Shown here one piece after another: positions 40,522 to 50,312 of a DNA stretch of 64,000 nucleotides. The position numbers were made by a program, and so were the translations under genes. Below the pieces are notes generated by a model that searched no databases, was not told the DNA's origin, and saw only the letters and a list, made by a program, of their open reading frames with translations. The DNA lies in assembly GCA_038064835.1 (NCBI GenBank), contig JBBTSD010000006.1:7669-71668 (forward strand), read 5' to 3'. Position 1 is the first letter of the stretch; the number at the start of each line of letters is the position of its first letter. This DNA comes from Patescibacteria group bacterium. GTDB lineage: Bacteria; Patescibacteriota; Minisyncoccia; Phycocordibacterales; UBA2100.

Positions 40522-41133
40522 ATGATTGTTATTGATGTCGAGGCCTCGGGAACTGAGTATCACCAGCATTCAATTGTGTCCCTAGGTGCGCTCGATTTAG
40601 ACAATCCCACCAATCAGTTTTATGACGAATGTCGCGTGTGGGATGGAGCGCATATCATGGAAGGGGCGCTTGCGGTAAATGGCTTTACTGAAGCAGAGAT
40701 CACTGATCCAAAACGAAAACCAGAGAGCGAGCTCATCACCGCATTTTTGGCCTGGAGTGAGGAAATTGCCGATCGTACATTCGTGGGGCAAAATGTTTCG
40801 TTTGACAGGGATTTTGTTCGTGCCGCATGTGCAAGGGCCCATCTGGATTACGACTTTGCATACCGCACTATCGATACACATACACTTGGATGGATGCATA
40901 TGACCTTACGCGGGTTGCCACGCCCCGTTGATAGCGTAAAACGGCGATCTGCACTCGACCTAGACGCAGTCTTAAACTATGTCGGTATACCAGCAGAACC
41001 AACACCACACAATGCACTTACCGGGGCACTCTCGCATGCTGAAGTCGCCTCCAGATTGTTGTACAATAAGCCCCTCCTTCCTGAATTTGCGGCATTTCCC
41101 ATTCCATGGACCGGTCACCTTGGTCCGATATGA
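40522..41133 (+). CDS. DEDDh 3'-5' exonuclease
   Basis: IDVEASG, QNVSFD, IDT, PHNAL motifs (last Asp appears substituted). Confidence 0.85.
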   Translation: MIVIDVEASGTEYHQHSIVSLGALDLDNPTNQFYDECRVWDGAHIMEGALAVNGFTEAEITDPKRKPESELITAFLAWSEEIADRTFVGQNVSFDRDFVRAACARAHLDYDFAYRTIDTHTLGWMHMTLRGLPRPVDSVKRRSALDLDAVLNYVGIPAEPTPHNALTGALSHAEVASRLLYNKPLLPEFAAFPIPWTGHLGPI

Positions 41134-41567
41134 ATAAGGCGGGAGAGGGAAGAGAAGTGAAGCGTGGTTTTACCGCCGGTAGCTTTGATCTCTGTCATGC
41201 CGGGCATATACGCATGTTTCGCGATTGCAAATCCGTGTGCGATTACTTGGTAGTCGCTGTACAAGAAGATCCAAGTATCGATCGCCCTGAAAAAAACAAG
41301 CCGGTCATGTCGCTTGCTGAGCGGCTTGAAATTGTGAGTGCGTTAAAGTATGTAGACGAAGTAATTACTTACCGCACTGAAAAAGACTTGTTCGAACTGT
41401 TGTCGCTCATTCCGTTTGATGTGCGTATCCTCGGGTCAGATTGGGAAGGTAAGCCGTTTACCGGACACGAACTACCGCACACTTTTTATTTTCATCGTCG
41501 CAACCATACATTCTCATCAAGTGAACTTCGCAAACGCATTTATGAAGCAGAAAAAAATAGCATCTAA
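41130..41567 (+). CDS. TagD-like cytidylyltransferase
   Basis: GSFDLCHAGH, ER-x6-LKYVDEV, GSDW, SSSELR; start ATG 41130. Confidence 0.88.
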   Translation: MNKAGEGREVKRGFTAGSFDLCHAGHIRMFRDCKSVCDYLVVAVQEDPSIDRPEKNKPVMSLAERLEIVSALKYVDEVITYRTEKDLFELLSLIPFDVRILGSDWEGKPFTGHELPHTFYFHRRNHTFSSSELRKRIYEAEKNSI

Positions 41568-42396
41568 AAAGTTTCCTAGCCGGCGCGTTAGCGCTCGGGT
41601 CACTTCGGCTGCACTTGCACGCACTACAACATCGTGGGATGCAGTTGCCGATTGGTATGATGCGCACCTCGCTACAGGCGATACTTATCACGATCGTGTT
41701 ATTTTGCCAAACATTGCTCGCTTACTTGCCCCAACTCGCGGTCGTCCTATTTTGGAAATCGGGTGCGGTGAAGGACGCATTGCACGATCGCTTGAAAAGG
41801 ATGGTCATCGTTTGGTCGCGTGTGATATTTCTGCCGAACTTATTAAAAAAGCACGAGCATATGAAGATGCCATTTCATATCATGTTGCGCCAGCTGAGAA
41901 ACTTACCTTTGCGGCAAATGGCATTTTTCATACTGCTCTTGCGGTGATGACTCTGCAAAACATGGAACGGCTGGAGCCGGTTTTTGCAGAGGTTGCGCGC
42001 GTCCTCTCTCCTCGTGGACGGTTAATCGCCGTCATTAATCATCCAGCTTTTCGGGTGCCGCGGAATTCATCATGGGGCTTTGACGCAAAAAACAACCTGC
42101 AATATCGCCGCATTGATAAATATCTCTCGGCACAAACAGTTTCAATCAACATGCATCCTGGTGGCAGACAGGGAATCGAGGCACAAACTACTAAATCGTA
42201 CCACCGTTCATTGCAGGATTATATTAAAGCATTACGCGCGCAAGGATTTGCGCTTCTCCGACTCGAAGAGTGGATATCGGATAAAGTAAGTGAACCCGGG
42301 AAGCGAGCTGATGCGGAAAATACGGCACGAAAGGAATTTCCGCTTTTCATGGCCTTCGAAGCTATTAAAATTGCACATCCCGGTTCGTTGCTCTAG
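41542..42396 (+). CDS. Class I SAM-dependent methyltransferase
   Basis: LEIGCGEG, DIS, L-x-P-x-G, NHPAF; start ATG 41542. Confidence 0.9.
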   Translation: MKQKKIASKKFPSRRVSARVTSAALARTTTSWDAVADWYDAHLATGDTYHDRVILPNIARLLAPTRGRPILEIGCGEGRIARSLEKDGHRLVACDISAELIKKARAYEDAISYHVAPAEKLTFAANGIFHTALAVMTLQNMERLEPVFAEVARVLSPRGRLIAVINHPAFRVPRNSSWGFDAKNNLQYRRIDKYLSAQTVSINMHPGGRQGIEAQTTKSYHRSLQDYIKALRAQGFALLRLEEWISDKVSEPGKRADAENTARKEFPLFMAFEAIKIAHPGSLL

Positions 42397-42503
42397 TGCG
42401 CAGTTTTCTTATCCCCAACAAATCCGACTGTATCTTGACAGCACTAGTGGCAAGCAGACACTGAGTCTAGTACTGATGGCCTAGGCCAAAAAGGAAAGGA
42501 AAT

Positions 42504-42944
42504 GTGATGCAACGGAATACCGTGCGCCTTTCGATGTTGGCCTTCCTTGTCGGGGCCGGACTCTTTACACTGACTACAACTGCACGAAGCGCCGGAAGTC
42601 AGTGGCTCCCAGGCACAATTCTTGCAGAAGCTAGTGCAATGTTGTGCGACACACAGAGACAAATTGAGACCCTTTTGAGTCGCGTCTTGAACGGTGTCCC
42701 GGGCCCTCAAGCGCTTACCGAAATAAATCGAGAAGCGCTGAAAATGAACGCATGTGGGCATGCACCAAGAGTCAACCTAAAAATTGTTCGGGTTGTACGC
42801 ACAAAGGCATTCCAGAAAAAAAACGGCCTTTTCTATCACTTCGACATCCTTGAGGTCCAGGTCATCGACTTTGGGGGAGTGGTGCAGTTTCTCGCCGCGC
42901 ATGATCCTTCTGTACATCCATACTACGAAGTTCAGTACCGATGA
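42504..42944 (+). CDS. Secreted hypothetical protein
   Basis: Signal peptide, Cys pair, purine-rich SD, upstream TTGACA. Confidence 0.7.
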   Translation: MMQRNTVRLSMLAFLVGAGLFTLTTTARSAGSQWLPGTILAEASAMLCDTQRQIETLLSRVLNGVPGPQALTEINREALKMNACGHAPRVNLKIVRVVRTKAFQKKNGLFYHFDILEVQVIDFGGVVQFLAAHDPSVHPYYEVQYR

Positions 42945-42997
42945 GAAGAGAACTGTATCGGCTCAAAAGAGCGTGCGTAAACTCTCTCGCGCACAGT

Positions 42998-43028
42998 AAA
43001 CGGTCGTCAGCATCTGACGACCGTTTTT
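42998..43028 (+). terminator. Intrinsic terminator
   Basis: AAACGGTCGTCAG-cat-CTGACGACCGTTTTT. Confidence 0.85.
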
Positions 43029-43155
43029 GAGTTAAAAAATCTACCTAGGGAGGGGAAGTAGCACAATCCTCAAGTGGGACAAACCTAGAATCTGGCGGCC
43101 TCCAAGCGTGTCGCACAATATATCTTTTGCGACATGGGATGGGGCAACCTGGTGG

Positions 43156-44430
43156 CTAAAGATACTCCAGAGGATCCAGATATGCATTGAGTGGTGCGAT
43201 TGGTATCACTGCATCCGCACAGTTTGTCTTACTCTTCGCATCGCCTAGGCGCTTAAGCTGTACAGCCTCGCTCGCGTATACGGTAAAATGCAAATGCGGA
43301 CCCGTCGAATATCCTGTGTTGCCGCTATATCCAATAATCTCTCGGGCATTCACTTTTTGACCCTCCCCTACTTGGATATCCGAGAGGTGGGCATAGAGAG
43401 TGGAGAGCCCATTTTCATGCTTGATAAGGACCCATTTTCCGTATGAGTAACATCCTTTGTAGACATCAGTATTTCCGACACCGATAATTTTTCCGTCGAG
43501 CGCACTTTTAATCGGCGTGCCTATCGACGCACGCAAATCAATTCCGTTATGGCCTTTACCTGCATAAGCACCTGATTTAGCGAAGGCTGTGTTGCCAAAT
43601 TTCTGTGTGACCTTTACCTGGTCCAGCGGCCATGAGAGCACGCCACTACCTGCAGACGGTAGGCGTGTTGGGTCGAGAGTAAATGCAAGCTGTGACTCGA
43701 GAGCGTTCATCTGTGCCTCGAATTCAACCTTCGCTGCTTTTTTTGCGGCGAGTATCTTTTGGTACTCTGACTCACGGGAGTTGGTATCAGAGAGAAGTTT
43801 TTTAGTCTCGCTACGAGTGACCTCAAGTGCTCGCTTTTGCGTTTCAAAGTCTTTCTTCTGTCCTAACAAAATCTTCTTTTGTTCAGATTCCTTTGTGCGA
43901 ACCTCTTCAGTACTTCGTTTATCCTTTTGTAGAGACTGTACGCGAGCTTGTATGGCCTCCCGAGCCTTCAAGGCAGAGTCAATTGTCGTCCACGCCTGGC
44001 TTGCAGAATCTGACCCAAGGAGGAGTTCCACGAGTGATTGATCTTCCTGTTCGTTGACTTGTCGAAAAAGAGACGCCAGCCCAGCAACACCGCGCTCAAT
44101 AGACGCTGTGGCAGTAGCAATCGAAGCCTCAAGCTCACTAATTTTTTGTTCCGTCCTGACGATCTTGCTTTGCTCGACAGTGATTTGACTAGTAATTTTC
44201 TTGCGAGACAGGTCAATAATGTTAACTGCCCCCTGGAGAGTCTGTTTTTCTTTGCCGACAGCATCCAATTGTTTTTCAAACTGCAGGATCTCCTTTTCAA
44301 TCTGCTCTATAGTACTGCTTTGTACCTCAATGCGCTGTTTCAGCTCTTCGGCCGTTTGAGCAAGTAGTAACGAGCTAGGTACAGTACCCATGAGGCCAAG
44401 CACCAAAAAAAGCAGTCTGCCTGAAATCAT
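43156..44430 (-). CDS. Coiled-coil M23 peptidase (murein hydrolase)
   Basis: Signal peptide, long coiled coil, HNGID, YAHL, STGPHLHF. Confidence 0.93.
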   Translation of the reverse strand: MISGRLLFLVLGLMGTVPSSLLLAQTAEELKQRIEVQSSTIEQIEKEILQFEKQLDAVGKEKQTLQGAVNIIDLSRKKITSQITVEQSKIVRTEQKISELEASIATATASIERGVAGLASLFRQVNEQEDQSLVELLLGSDSASQAWTTIDSALKAREAIQARVQSLQKDKRSTEEVRTKESEQKKILLGQKKDFETQKRALEVTRSETKKLLSDTNSRESEYQKILAAKKAAKVEFEAQMNALESQLAFTLDPTRLPSAGSGVLSWPLDQVKVTQKFGNTAFAKSGAYAGKGHNGIDLRASIGTPIKSALDGKIIGVGNTDVYKGCYSYGKWVLIKHENGLSTLYAHLSDIQVGEGQKVNAREIIGYSGNTGYSTGPHLHFTVYASEAVQLKRLGDAKSKTNCADAVIPIAPLNAYLDPLEYL

Positions 44431-44476
44431 GGCATTATTCTAACATCCTGGAGGAAAGTTCTTCCTGTAAACCTTC

Positions 44477-45808
44477 TTATTGTAGCGCTGTGATAGCGGT
44501 TTTAATGCGTGCCAAAGCCGTTGCTTTCCCAAGTAGAACCAGCACGGTAAAAGGATCCGGTGACCGCTCCTGTCCAGTCAGAGCGAAGCGCAGTGGCCAC
44601 AACACATTGCCGCGGCCATTCTCCTCAGCGTAAGGCATAATAAGAGCTTTTATAGCGTCAGTATCTGCAAATACTGGTACCGGGGCATCGTTAAGAATTG
44701 TTGCGAGGTGAGTCAGGTGTTGAGCCGCGATGCTTGGCGCATCCTTTTTCCAGGGGATTTGAACAGGGTTTGGGGCAGGATCGTGAATCAAAAAGTGAAG
44801 CTCTCCGCCTTCAGCAAACATCTGGTCAAGCTCACTCCAGGTGGCTATTCTCTCGCGAATCAGAGGAATAATTCGAGGCATCTCGGATACCGAGATAGCA
44901 TACCGAGATAGCCGAGAAGTGGCTTCTTTGTTGAATTCCTCAGCAGGAAGCCGCTGTATATATTCGCGGTTAAACCAATTAAGTTTTTGAACATCGAAGA
45001 TCGCTCCACTCTTCTGAATTTGAGACAAGTCGAAAATGGAAACCAGCTCGTCCATACTAAAAATCTCTTGCGGAGTCCCGGGATTCCAGCCAAGAAGCGC
45101 GAGGTAATTGATGATGGCTTGCGCAGAGTAGCCTTGCGCGCGGTAGTTCTCGATAGAGGCACCGTGCTTACGCTTGGAAAGCTTGGTTCTATCGGGTGCT
45201 AATATAAGAGGGAGATGCCCGTAAATCGGTCTCGGCAACCCGAGAGCCTCCTGGATAAGTATTTGACGCGGTGTGTTAGAGATATGTTCTTCGGCACGCA
45301 ACACATGCGTCACCTGGGCGTCACCATCATCCGCAACCACTGCAAAGTGATAGAGAGGATCATCAATTGACCGTGCAATAACAAAATCACCCAGTTCCTT
45401 TGTATCAAACGAGACTTCGCCGCGAATAGCGTCATCAAAAGTGACACGAGTGCCTGGATTCTTGAGGCGGACAACTTCAACTTTTCGGCCAGAACCATCC
45501 TTAGCTTCCTCTTTCGAAATATACGCTACTCCCCTGTCGACCAGTTTTTTGAGCAATTCGCGGTGCCTATCCAAATGCTGTGACTGAATAAAGCGCTCAT
45601 CGGTAGGGATGCCGCACCAACTGAAGTCATCCCAAATTGCAGTTACCCATTCATCTTTATTTCGCTCTTTGTCGGTATCCTCGACACGCACAAAAAAAGT
45701 TCCGCCATGACGCTTGGCAAAGAGATAGTTAAACAAAGCAGTCCGAACAGTCCCTATATGCATCCGGCCTGTAGGGCTTGGGGCAATTCGTGTGCGGGGT
45801 ATCATCAC
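44477..45808 (-). CDS. gltX: Glutamate--tRNA ligase
   Basis: RIAPSPTG-x2-HIG, RVEDTD, KLSKR. Confidence 0.96.
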   Translation of the reverse strand: MMIPRTRIAPSPTGRMHIGTVRTALFNYLFAKRHGGTFFVRVEDTDKERNKDEWVTAIWDDFSWCGIPTDERFIQSQHLDRHRELLKKLVDRGVAYISKEEAKDGSGRKVEVVRLKNPGTRVTFDDAIRGEVSFDTKELGDFVIARSIDDPLYHFAVVADDGDAQVTHVLRAEEHISNTPRQILIQEALGLPRPIYGHLPLILAPDRTKLSKRKHGASIENYRAQGYSAQAIINYLALLGWNPGTPQEIFSMDELVSIFDLSQIQKSGAIFDVQKLNWFNREYIQRLPAEEFNKEATSRLSRYAISVSEMPRIIPLIRERIATWSELDQMFAEGGELHFLIHDPAPNPVQIPWKKDAPSIAAQHLTHLATILNDAPVPVFADTDAIKALIMPYAEENGRGNVLWPLRFALTGQERSPDPFTVLVLLGKATALARIKTAITALQ

Positions 45809-45834
45809 TACACTCTACCCTTTTGTATGAAATA

Positions 45835-45870
45835 CGAAAGACCCCCGTGAGCTAGGCTCAACGGGGGTCT
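45835..45870 (-). terminator. Terminator of the candidate ncRNA
   Basis: Minus strand AGACCCCCGTTGAGC-cta-GCTCACGGGGGTCT-TTC, one bulged base. Confidence 0.75.
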
Positions 45871-46252
45871 CGATAACCGAAAACAAAGTGACTCCAGAAG
45901 CCGTTTGGGTTCGGTCTTGCGGACCTACTTGGTTCCATTTTTGGAACCTGGAGGGCTGCTTGCCCTCCACCACGCGGTTTTCGCAAATCCCCTGTCCCTT
46001 CCTACTAGGACACAACTTGGGGCTTGCTATCTGGCATGCTGGTCGCGAGAACGGGTTGCAAGCCGCTCGCTCGCCTGGTGCTCGTATCTACGAACCCCAG
46101 ACTAAACTGAAAGGACAGTTCGCTACAGGAGGTTTTCCACATCTCCTGTCCCCTGGTTGTCAGGGGGATCCCCTCAAATTTTTGTCAGCACGGGTGGTCA
46201 CCCAAGAAGCCAAAAGGCTACTTTCGAACTCTTGGGTGACCACTCAATCTCT
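45835..46252 (-). ncRNA. Candidate large structured non-coding RNA, family not recognised
   Basis: Consensus promoter, about ten consecutive hairpins, terminator, no credible ORF. Confidence 0.6.
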
Positions 46253-46258
46253 GTGTAT

Positions 46259-46287
46259 ATAATATCACCTACCTACAGTCTTGTCAA
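46259..46287 (-). promoter_or_regulatory. Sigma70-type promoter
   Basis: TTGACA (46287-46282), 17 nt spacer, TATTAT (46264-46259). Confidence 0.8.
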
Positions 46288-46366
46288 GTACTTTCGTAGA
46301 GAGTCCGAAAAAACCCTTGTTTTCCAGGGTTTTTAGTCCGTCTAAAATTCATGCATTTTCGTATCA

Positions 46367-47506
46367 CTACTCAACATGGCCGAGGGCAATCTGCACAACT
46401 GCGCTGGCAATTGTGCGGGCGGCATCCCGTTTCGCAAAAGTGAGCGCCGCTTTTTTCATAGTCTCTATACCAGCTGAATCGTTGATTATACGGTCGATTT
46501 CTGCCACGAGCAGATGAGGCGAGAGGTTTTCTTGTTCAATGACAATTGCGGCGCCGGTGCGCGCATAAGAAAATGCATTGCGCACCTGGTCATGAGAAAC
46601 ATCAATAGGTATAGGGATTAAAATAGCAGGAATACCCCACGATCCAACTTCAAAAATAGTTCCGGATCCAGCACGACAAATGACCAGATTTGAAACTCCC
46701 GCTGCCATGCGCAAGGCAAGTGTGTTTAGAAGGCCAAATGCGCGATAGCGGTTGTCATATCGCGTTTTTGCAATAATGGCTGAAGTCATTCCTTTGATTT
46801 CTTCAAGATGCTCACGCCCTGTTTGGTGGATGATGTTGTACCGTTCAATGAGTGTCGGAATTGTATCGAGGAGGGCGTTATTCACGGCCTGTGCTCCTTG
46901 CGAACCTCCTAACACAAAAATGGTAGGGACCGTAGGATCAATCTGCAAAAATTCGTGGCCACCTTCGGTGGCAGGGTGTTCTATTGCCCTGCGGATAGGG
47001 TGTCCAGTATTGGCAATCCTGTCGCGTGTTGCTTCTGGAAAATTACTTGCGGCATCTGGATGGGCGACAGCAATATATTCCGCAAATTTCGACGACCACA
47101 AGGAAACAATTCCTGGCTCGGCATCTGCGTCGTATATAACAACAGGGATGCGAAGTATCCGCGCCGCCACTAAGGTTGGAAACGCTGCGTAGCCTCCTGT
47201 ACTGACCACAACATCCGGATAGATTGAGTAAAGTTGCCCAATCGACTGGACAATCCCCCATGCAGTTTTGAAGAAGTCGAAGAGATTAAGTGCTGATGCA
47301 AATCGCCGCAACTTCCCTGCTGGCGCCCATCGGTGCTCGATATCAAGTTCGATCAGCGAATCACGGTCAAATGGATTTGGACCAAGATGAATGAGTTTTG
47401 GAGTAATGAGACGGCGTTCAGCGGCAATTTCATATATGCGCTCCGCAATCGCCATTAGCGGGTAAAAATGTCCACCACTCCCCCCACCAGTCAAAACGAT
47501 ACGCAT
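46367..47506 (-). CDS. murG: MurG glycosyltransferase
   Basis: GGGSGGH, TGGY, GGSQGA, RAGSGT, HQ-x2-NA. Confidence 0.96.
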   Translation of the reverse strand: MRIVLTGGGSGGHFYPLMAIAERIYEIAAERRLITPKLIHLGPNPFDRDSLIELDIEHRWAPAGKLRRFASALNLFDFFKTAWGIVQSIGQLYSIYPDVVVSTGGYAAFPTLVAARILRIPVVIYDADAEPGIVSLWSSKFAEYIAVAHPDAASNFPEATRDRIANTGHPIRRAIEHPATEGGHEFLQIDPTVPTIFVLGGSQGAQAVNNALLDTIPTLIERYNIIHQTGREHLEEIKGMTSAIIAKTRYDNRYRAFGLLNTLALRMAAGVSNLVICRAGSGTIFEVGSWGIPAILIPIPIDVSHDQVRNAFSYARTGAAIVIEQENLSPHLLVAEIDRIINDSAGIETMKKAALTFAKRDAARTIASAVVQIALGHVE

Positions 47507-47520
47507 AGATACAGTATAGC

Positions 47521-48642
47521 CTACCCAGAAAAATTAAAGCGCGCGTGGCGAGACACATTGAGCACTATCCCTGATGCCCCCAAAGCAACTAAAAGCGCAG
47601 TACCCCCTTGACTGACAAAAATAAGCGGGATTCCTGTGAGTGGCGCGACCCCTAGCAGTGCGGCAATGTTTAAAAAGGATTGGACAACAATATAGGTCAC
47701 AATCCCGACAACCAAAAGAGCGCCAAAACGGTCGGGAGCGTGAGCGGCAATCGAAAGACCGCGGACAAGGAAGAGCACAAAGGTGCTAATCAGTAGTAGC
47801 CCACCAATGAAACCAAACTCTTCCGCAATAATCGCAAAGATTGAGTCTCCGGCCGGCTCGGGCAAGTGCTCAAATTTTTGGAGACTATTTCCGTAACCAC
47901 GCCCGTACATACCGCCGGCACCAATTGCAATAAACGATTGCTCAATCTGATAGCCAGAGGTCTGATGATTTTCAACTGGATGAAACAAAAAAGTCATGAC
48001 GCGCTCTCGTGCGTAATCATGCACCACCAAAAGCATGGCAAAAAGACAGACACCCGCCAAAATAAGTGCACCAATGTGTTTCCCTGGCGCACCAGAAGCT
48101 AGGAACATCGCACCACCTGTTGCAGCCATAATCCCGAAAGTGCCATTGTCGGGCTGTAAGAGCACCACGACAGCAGCTGCAGAAAGTATCGCTAAAAACC
48201 CTCCCAGGCCATAACGGAGATCTTCAATTTTTTCTTTGATACTGCTCAGATAGGCAGCTAGAGCTATGATTAAAGCGACTTTAAGAGGTTCGCTCGGTTG
48301 TAGAGAAAAACCAAAGATATCTATCCATCGGTACGCTCCGCCATGCTTGAATCCGATTCCAGGGACGAACACAAGCCCCGTGAGGATGATTGCTCCCAAA
48401 AAAATGAATGGGGCTGCATTTCTCCAAAACTTGTAGGGTAACGAAGTGGTAATGAACAGAGCGACAAGTCCTAGGCCTAGGCCTAGGCCAATGTGCCCCG
48501 CAATAACACTTGCTACAGGTGTCCCCTCGCGAGCAACAAGGCCGAGTATAGCCGAGCTAAATACAAAAATTCCAAAAATGACAAGAGCACCAAGAATAAC
48601 GCTGAAAACTACATCGACTCGTTTTCCTTTGGTCGAATGCAT
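47521..48642 (-). CDS. ftsW: SEDS peptidoglycan polymerase FtsW
   Basis: GAYRWI, QPSE, LQPD-x-G, GYQ, LPE-x2-GDSIF, PLTGIPL. Confidence 0.93.
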   Translation of the reverse strand: MHSTKGKRVDVVFSVILGALVIFGIFVFSSAILGLVAREGTPVASVIAGHIGLGLGLGLVALFITTSLPYKFWRNAAPFIFLGAIILTGLVFVPGIGFKHGGAYRWIDIFGFSLQPSEPLKVALIIALAAYLSSIKEKIEDLRYGLGGFLAILSAAAVVVLLQPDNGTFGIMAATGGAMFLASGAPGKHIGALILAGVCLFAMLLVVHDYARERVMTFLFHPVENHQTSGYQIEQSFIAIGAGGMYGRGYGNSLQKFEHLPEPAGDSIFAIIAEEFGFIGGLLLISTFVLFLVRGLSIAAHAPDRFGALLVVGIVTYIVVQSFLNIAALLGVAPLTGIPLIFVSQGGTALLVALGASGIVLNVSRHARFNFSG

Positions 48643-48646
48643 GGTT

Positions 48647-49708
48647 TCAAGAGCCGCTAAAAGCTATGATGACGCCGGCGAAGGCGAACATGACCGAGAG
48701 AACCCAGTAACGCATGGTGACTTTGTGACTTGGCCAGCCGAGAGCTTCGAAATGGTGGTGCAGCGGTGCGATGCGAAGCAATTTTCGCCCATACACTTTT
48801 TTCCAAAAAATTTGCAAAATATTCGAACTAACTGTCGCAACCAAGAGAAATCCGATGACGGGGAGTACGGCAATACCAACACCATCCCCGAGCTGGTCGG
48901 TGGTAAACGCGATCACTGCGATAGTAAGCGTAAGCGCCATGGTGCCTGTTTCGGTCATATAAAAACGCGCAGGCGGTATGTTGTACCAAAGAAATGCAAG
49001 TATCCCTCCGACAATGGCGGCGCAAAATGCTGCGAGGTTAATTTGGGCTTGAACGAACGCTATGATTGCATATGATGCGAATATCGACGCGAAAACGCCA
49101 CCTGAAAGACCATCGATACCGTCAATCACACCACTTGCGTAGAGTGAGAGTGATATAGCCACGAAAAGCGGAATTATGAGCCATCCAATATACACAGGAT
49201 CACCAAAAGGAATACCCACAGAGATAACTTCAAGCTTTGCCCAGAACCACCACCCGAGCACTGTTGCAAGGACAAGAATAATGGGTAGGCGTGTTCGGAG
49301 ACGCATACCCTGACCACTCCAGCGCACATCGAGAAGATCGCTCACAAAACCTACACCGGCGCCGATGACCAATGTGACGAGAGGAATCCAGGTCTGGTCG
49401 CGAGACAAAAAATCCAGCTTGATTGTTGCGGCACTAGGAACTAGTTTGGCAATTATGCCGATACTTACGATGGTAATAAGAACACTGGCCCATATAATTA
49501 TTCCTCCCATACGCGGCGTGTGTGTCTCGAGCGATCCATGCAGACGATTAAATTCAGTCGCTTCGGCACCGTCTAGTGTCTGCTTGCCTCCGCGAATTTT
49601 CCATACACGAAATCTGTATAAGTAGTGGGTTACCAGTGGTGTTATGCCAATACCAACTGAAAAAGCGGTAATGGCAGGGACAAGTACTTTTATGATGTCG
49701 GTCGGCAT
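48647..49708 (-). CDS. mraY: Phospho-MurNAc-pentapeptide transferase
   Basis: TPRMGG, DGIDGL, APLHHHFE. Confidence 0.95.
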   Translation of the reverse strand: MPTDIIKVLVPAITAFSVGIGITPLVTHYLYRFRVWKIRGGKQTLDGAEATEFNRLHGSLETHTPRMGGIIIWASVLITIVSIGIIAKLVPSAATIKLDFLSRDQTWIPLVTLVIGAGVGFVSDLLDVRWSGQGMRLRTRLPIILVLATVLGWWFWAKLEVISVGIPFGDPVYIGWLIIPLFVAISLSLYASGVIDGIDGLSGGVFASIFASYAIIAFVQAQINLAAFCAAIVGGILAFLWYNIPPARFYMTETGTMALTLTIAVIAFTTDQLGDGVGIAVLPVIGFLLVATVSSNILQIFWKKVYGRKLLRIAPLHHHFEALGWPSHKVTMRYWVLSVMFAFAGVIIAFSGS

Positions 49709-49751
49709 AGGCGACGGTGCAACCAGTATACCCTACAATATACAAACGGTC

Positions 49752-49779
49752 TTGACAGAGTATTCTGGATTTATATAGT
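49752..49779 (+). promoter_or_regulatory. Sigma70-type promoter
   Basis: TTGACA, 16 nt spacer, TATAGT. Confidence 0.65.
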
Positions 49780-49785
49780 GGTTTT

Positions 49786-49878
49786 ATGCACGGTCTGGAA
49801 CATAGTGGCACACAGCATTCCCACCACTGTTGGGGTATGCGTGGTATGTGTTTCTCCTCTCACGGGGGCGTTGCATAG
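49786..49878 (+). CDS. Candidate leaderless 30-aa His/Cys-rich peptide (alternatively a small RNA)
   Basis: ATG exactly 6 nt after TATAGT; MHGLEHSGTQHSHHCWGMRGMCFSSHGGVA; terminator follows. Confidence 0.35.
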   Translation: MHGLEHSGTQHSHHCWGMRGMCFSSHGGVA

Positions 49879-49897
49879 TGTGCCTGTGGCCACTTGC

Positions 49898-49924
49898 AAA
49901 AAGCCCCTTTTTAGGGGCTTTTTG
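49898..49924 (+). terminator. Intrinsic terminator
   Basis: AAAAAGCCCCT-tttt-AGGGGCTTTTT. Confidence 0.85.
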
Positions 49925-49966
49925 GGCTGTGCAGATGTCTGATCTTTAGTGGATAAAGGATAGCAG

Positions 49967-50203
49967 ATGGCAAATGAGGCTGCGCGCGATCCCTGGCTAT
50001 TTCCTGGGCGAGCATCGAGACCACTCCCGTATAGGGAGACTTATGAAGTAGAAACGGGTGTGTCTGCAGGACCACAGCTTGAGACCTATGAGGCATCTGT
50101 GCCTCGTGATAGCACAATGGACAGTGCAGATGGTGCTGGATATGCGGGAATAGGCCCTGATCGTCTACCGAGAAGAGATCGGTCCGACAGTCAGGATACC
50201 TGA
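49967..50203 (+). CDS. Small acidic disordered hypothetical protein
   Basis: SD-like AAGGA, duplicated ETYE motif, hairpin after the stop. Confidence 0.4.
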   Translation: MANEAARDPWLFPGRASRPLPYRETYEVETGVSAGPQLETYEASVPRDSTMDSADGAGYAGIGPDRLPRRDRSDSQDT

Positions 50204-50312
50204 AAAAGAGGGGGCGCGCCGTATGGTGCGTCTCCCCCTTCTGTATGATATGGTCAAAAAACAAGGCCCCCTTCTGTATCACGACTTACCATAACAATGG
50301 AATTAAAAATAT

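Noticed and set aside
45835-46252. T-box leader, tmRNA or RNase P identity for the structured region
   Set aside because: No T-box sequence before the terminator, no tRNA-like ends, no GAGGAAAGUCC; gltX has its own promoter
45815-46262. Short ORFs (66, 124 and 66 aa) in the gltX-murG gap
   Set aside because: No SD or leaderless signal; dense hairpins favour an RNA
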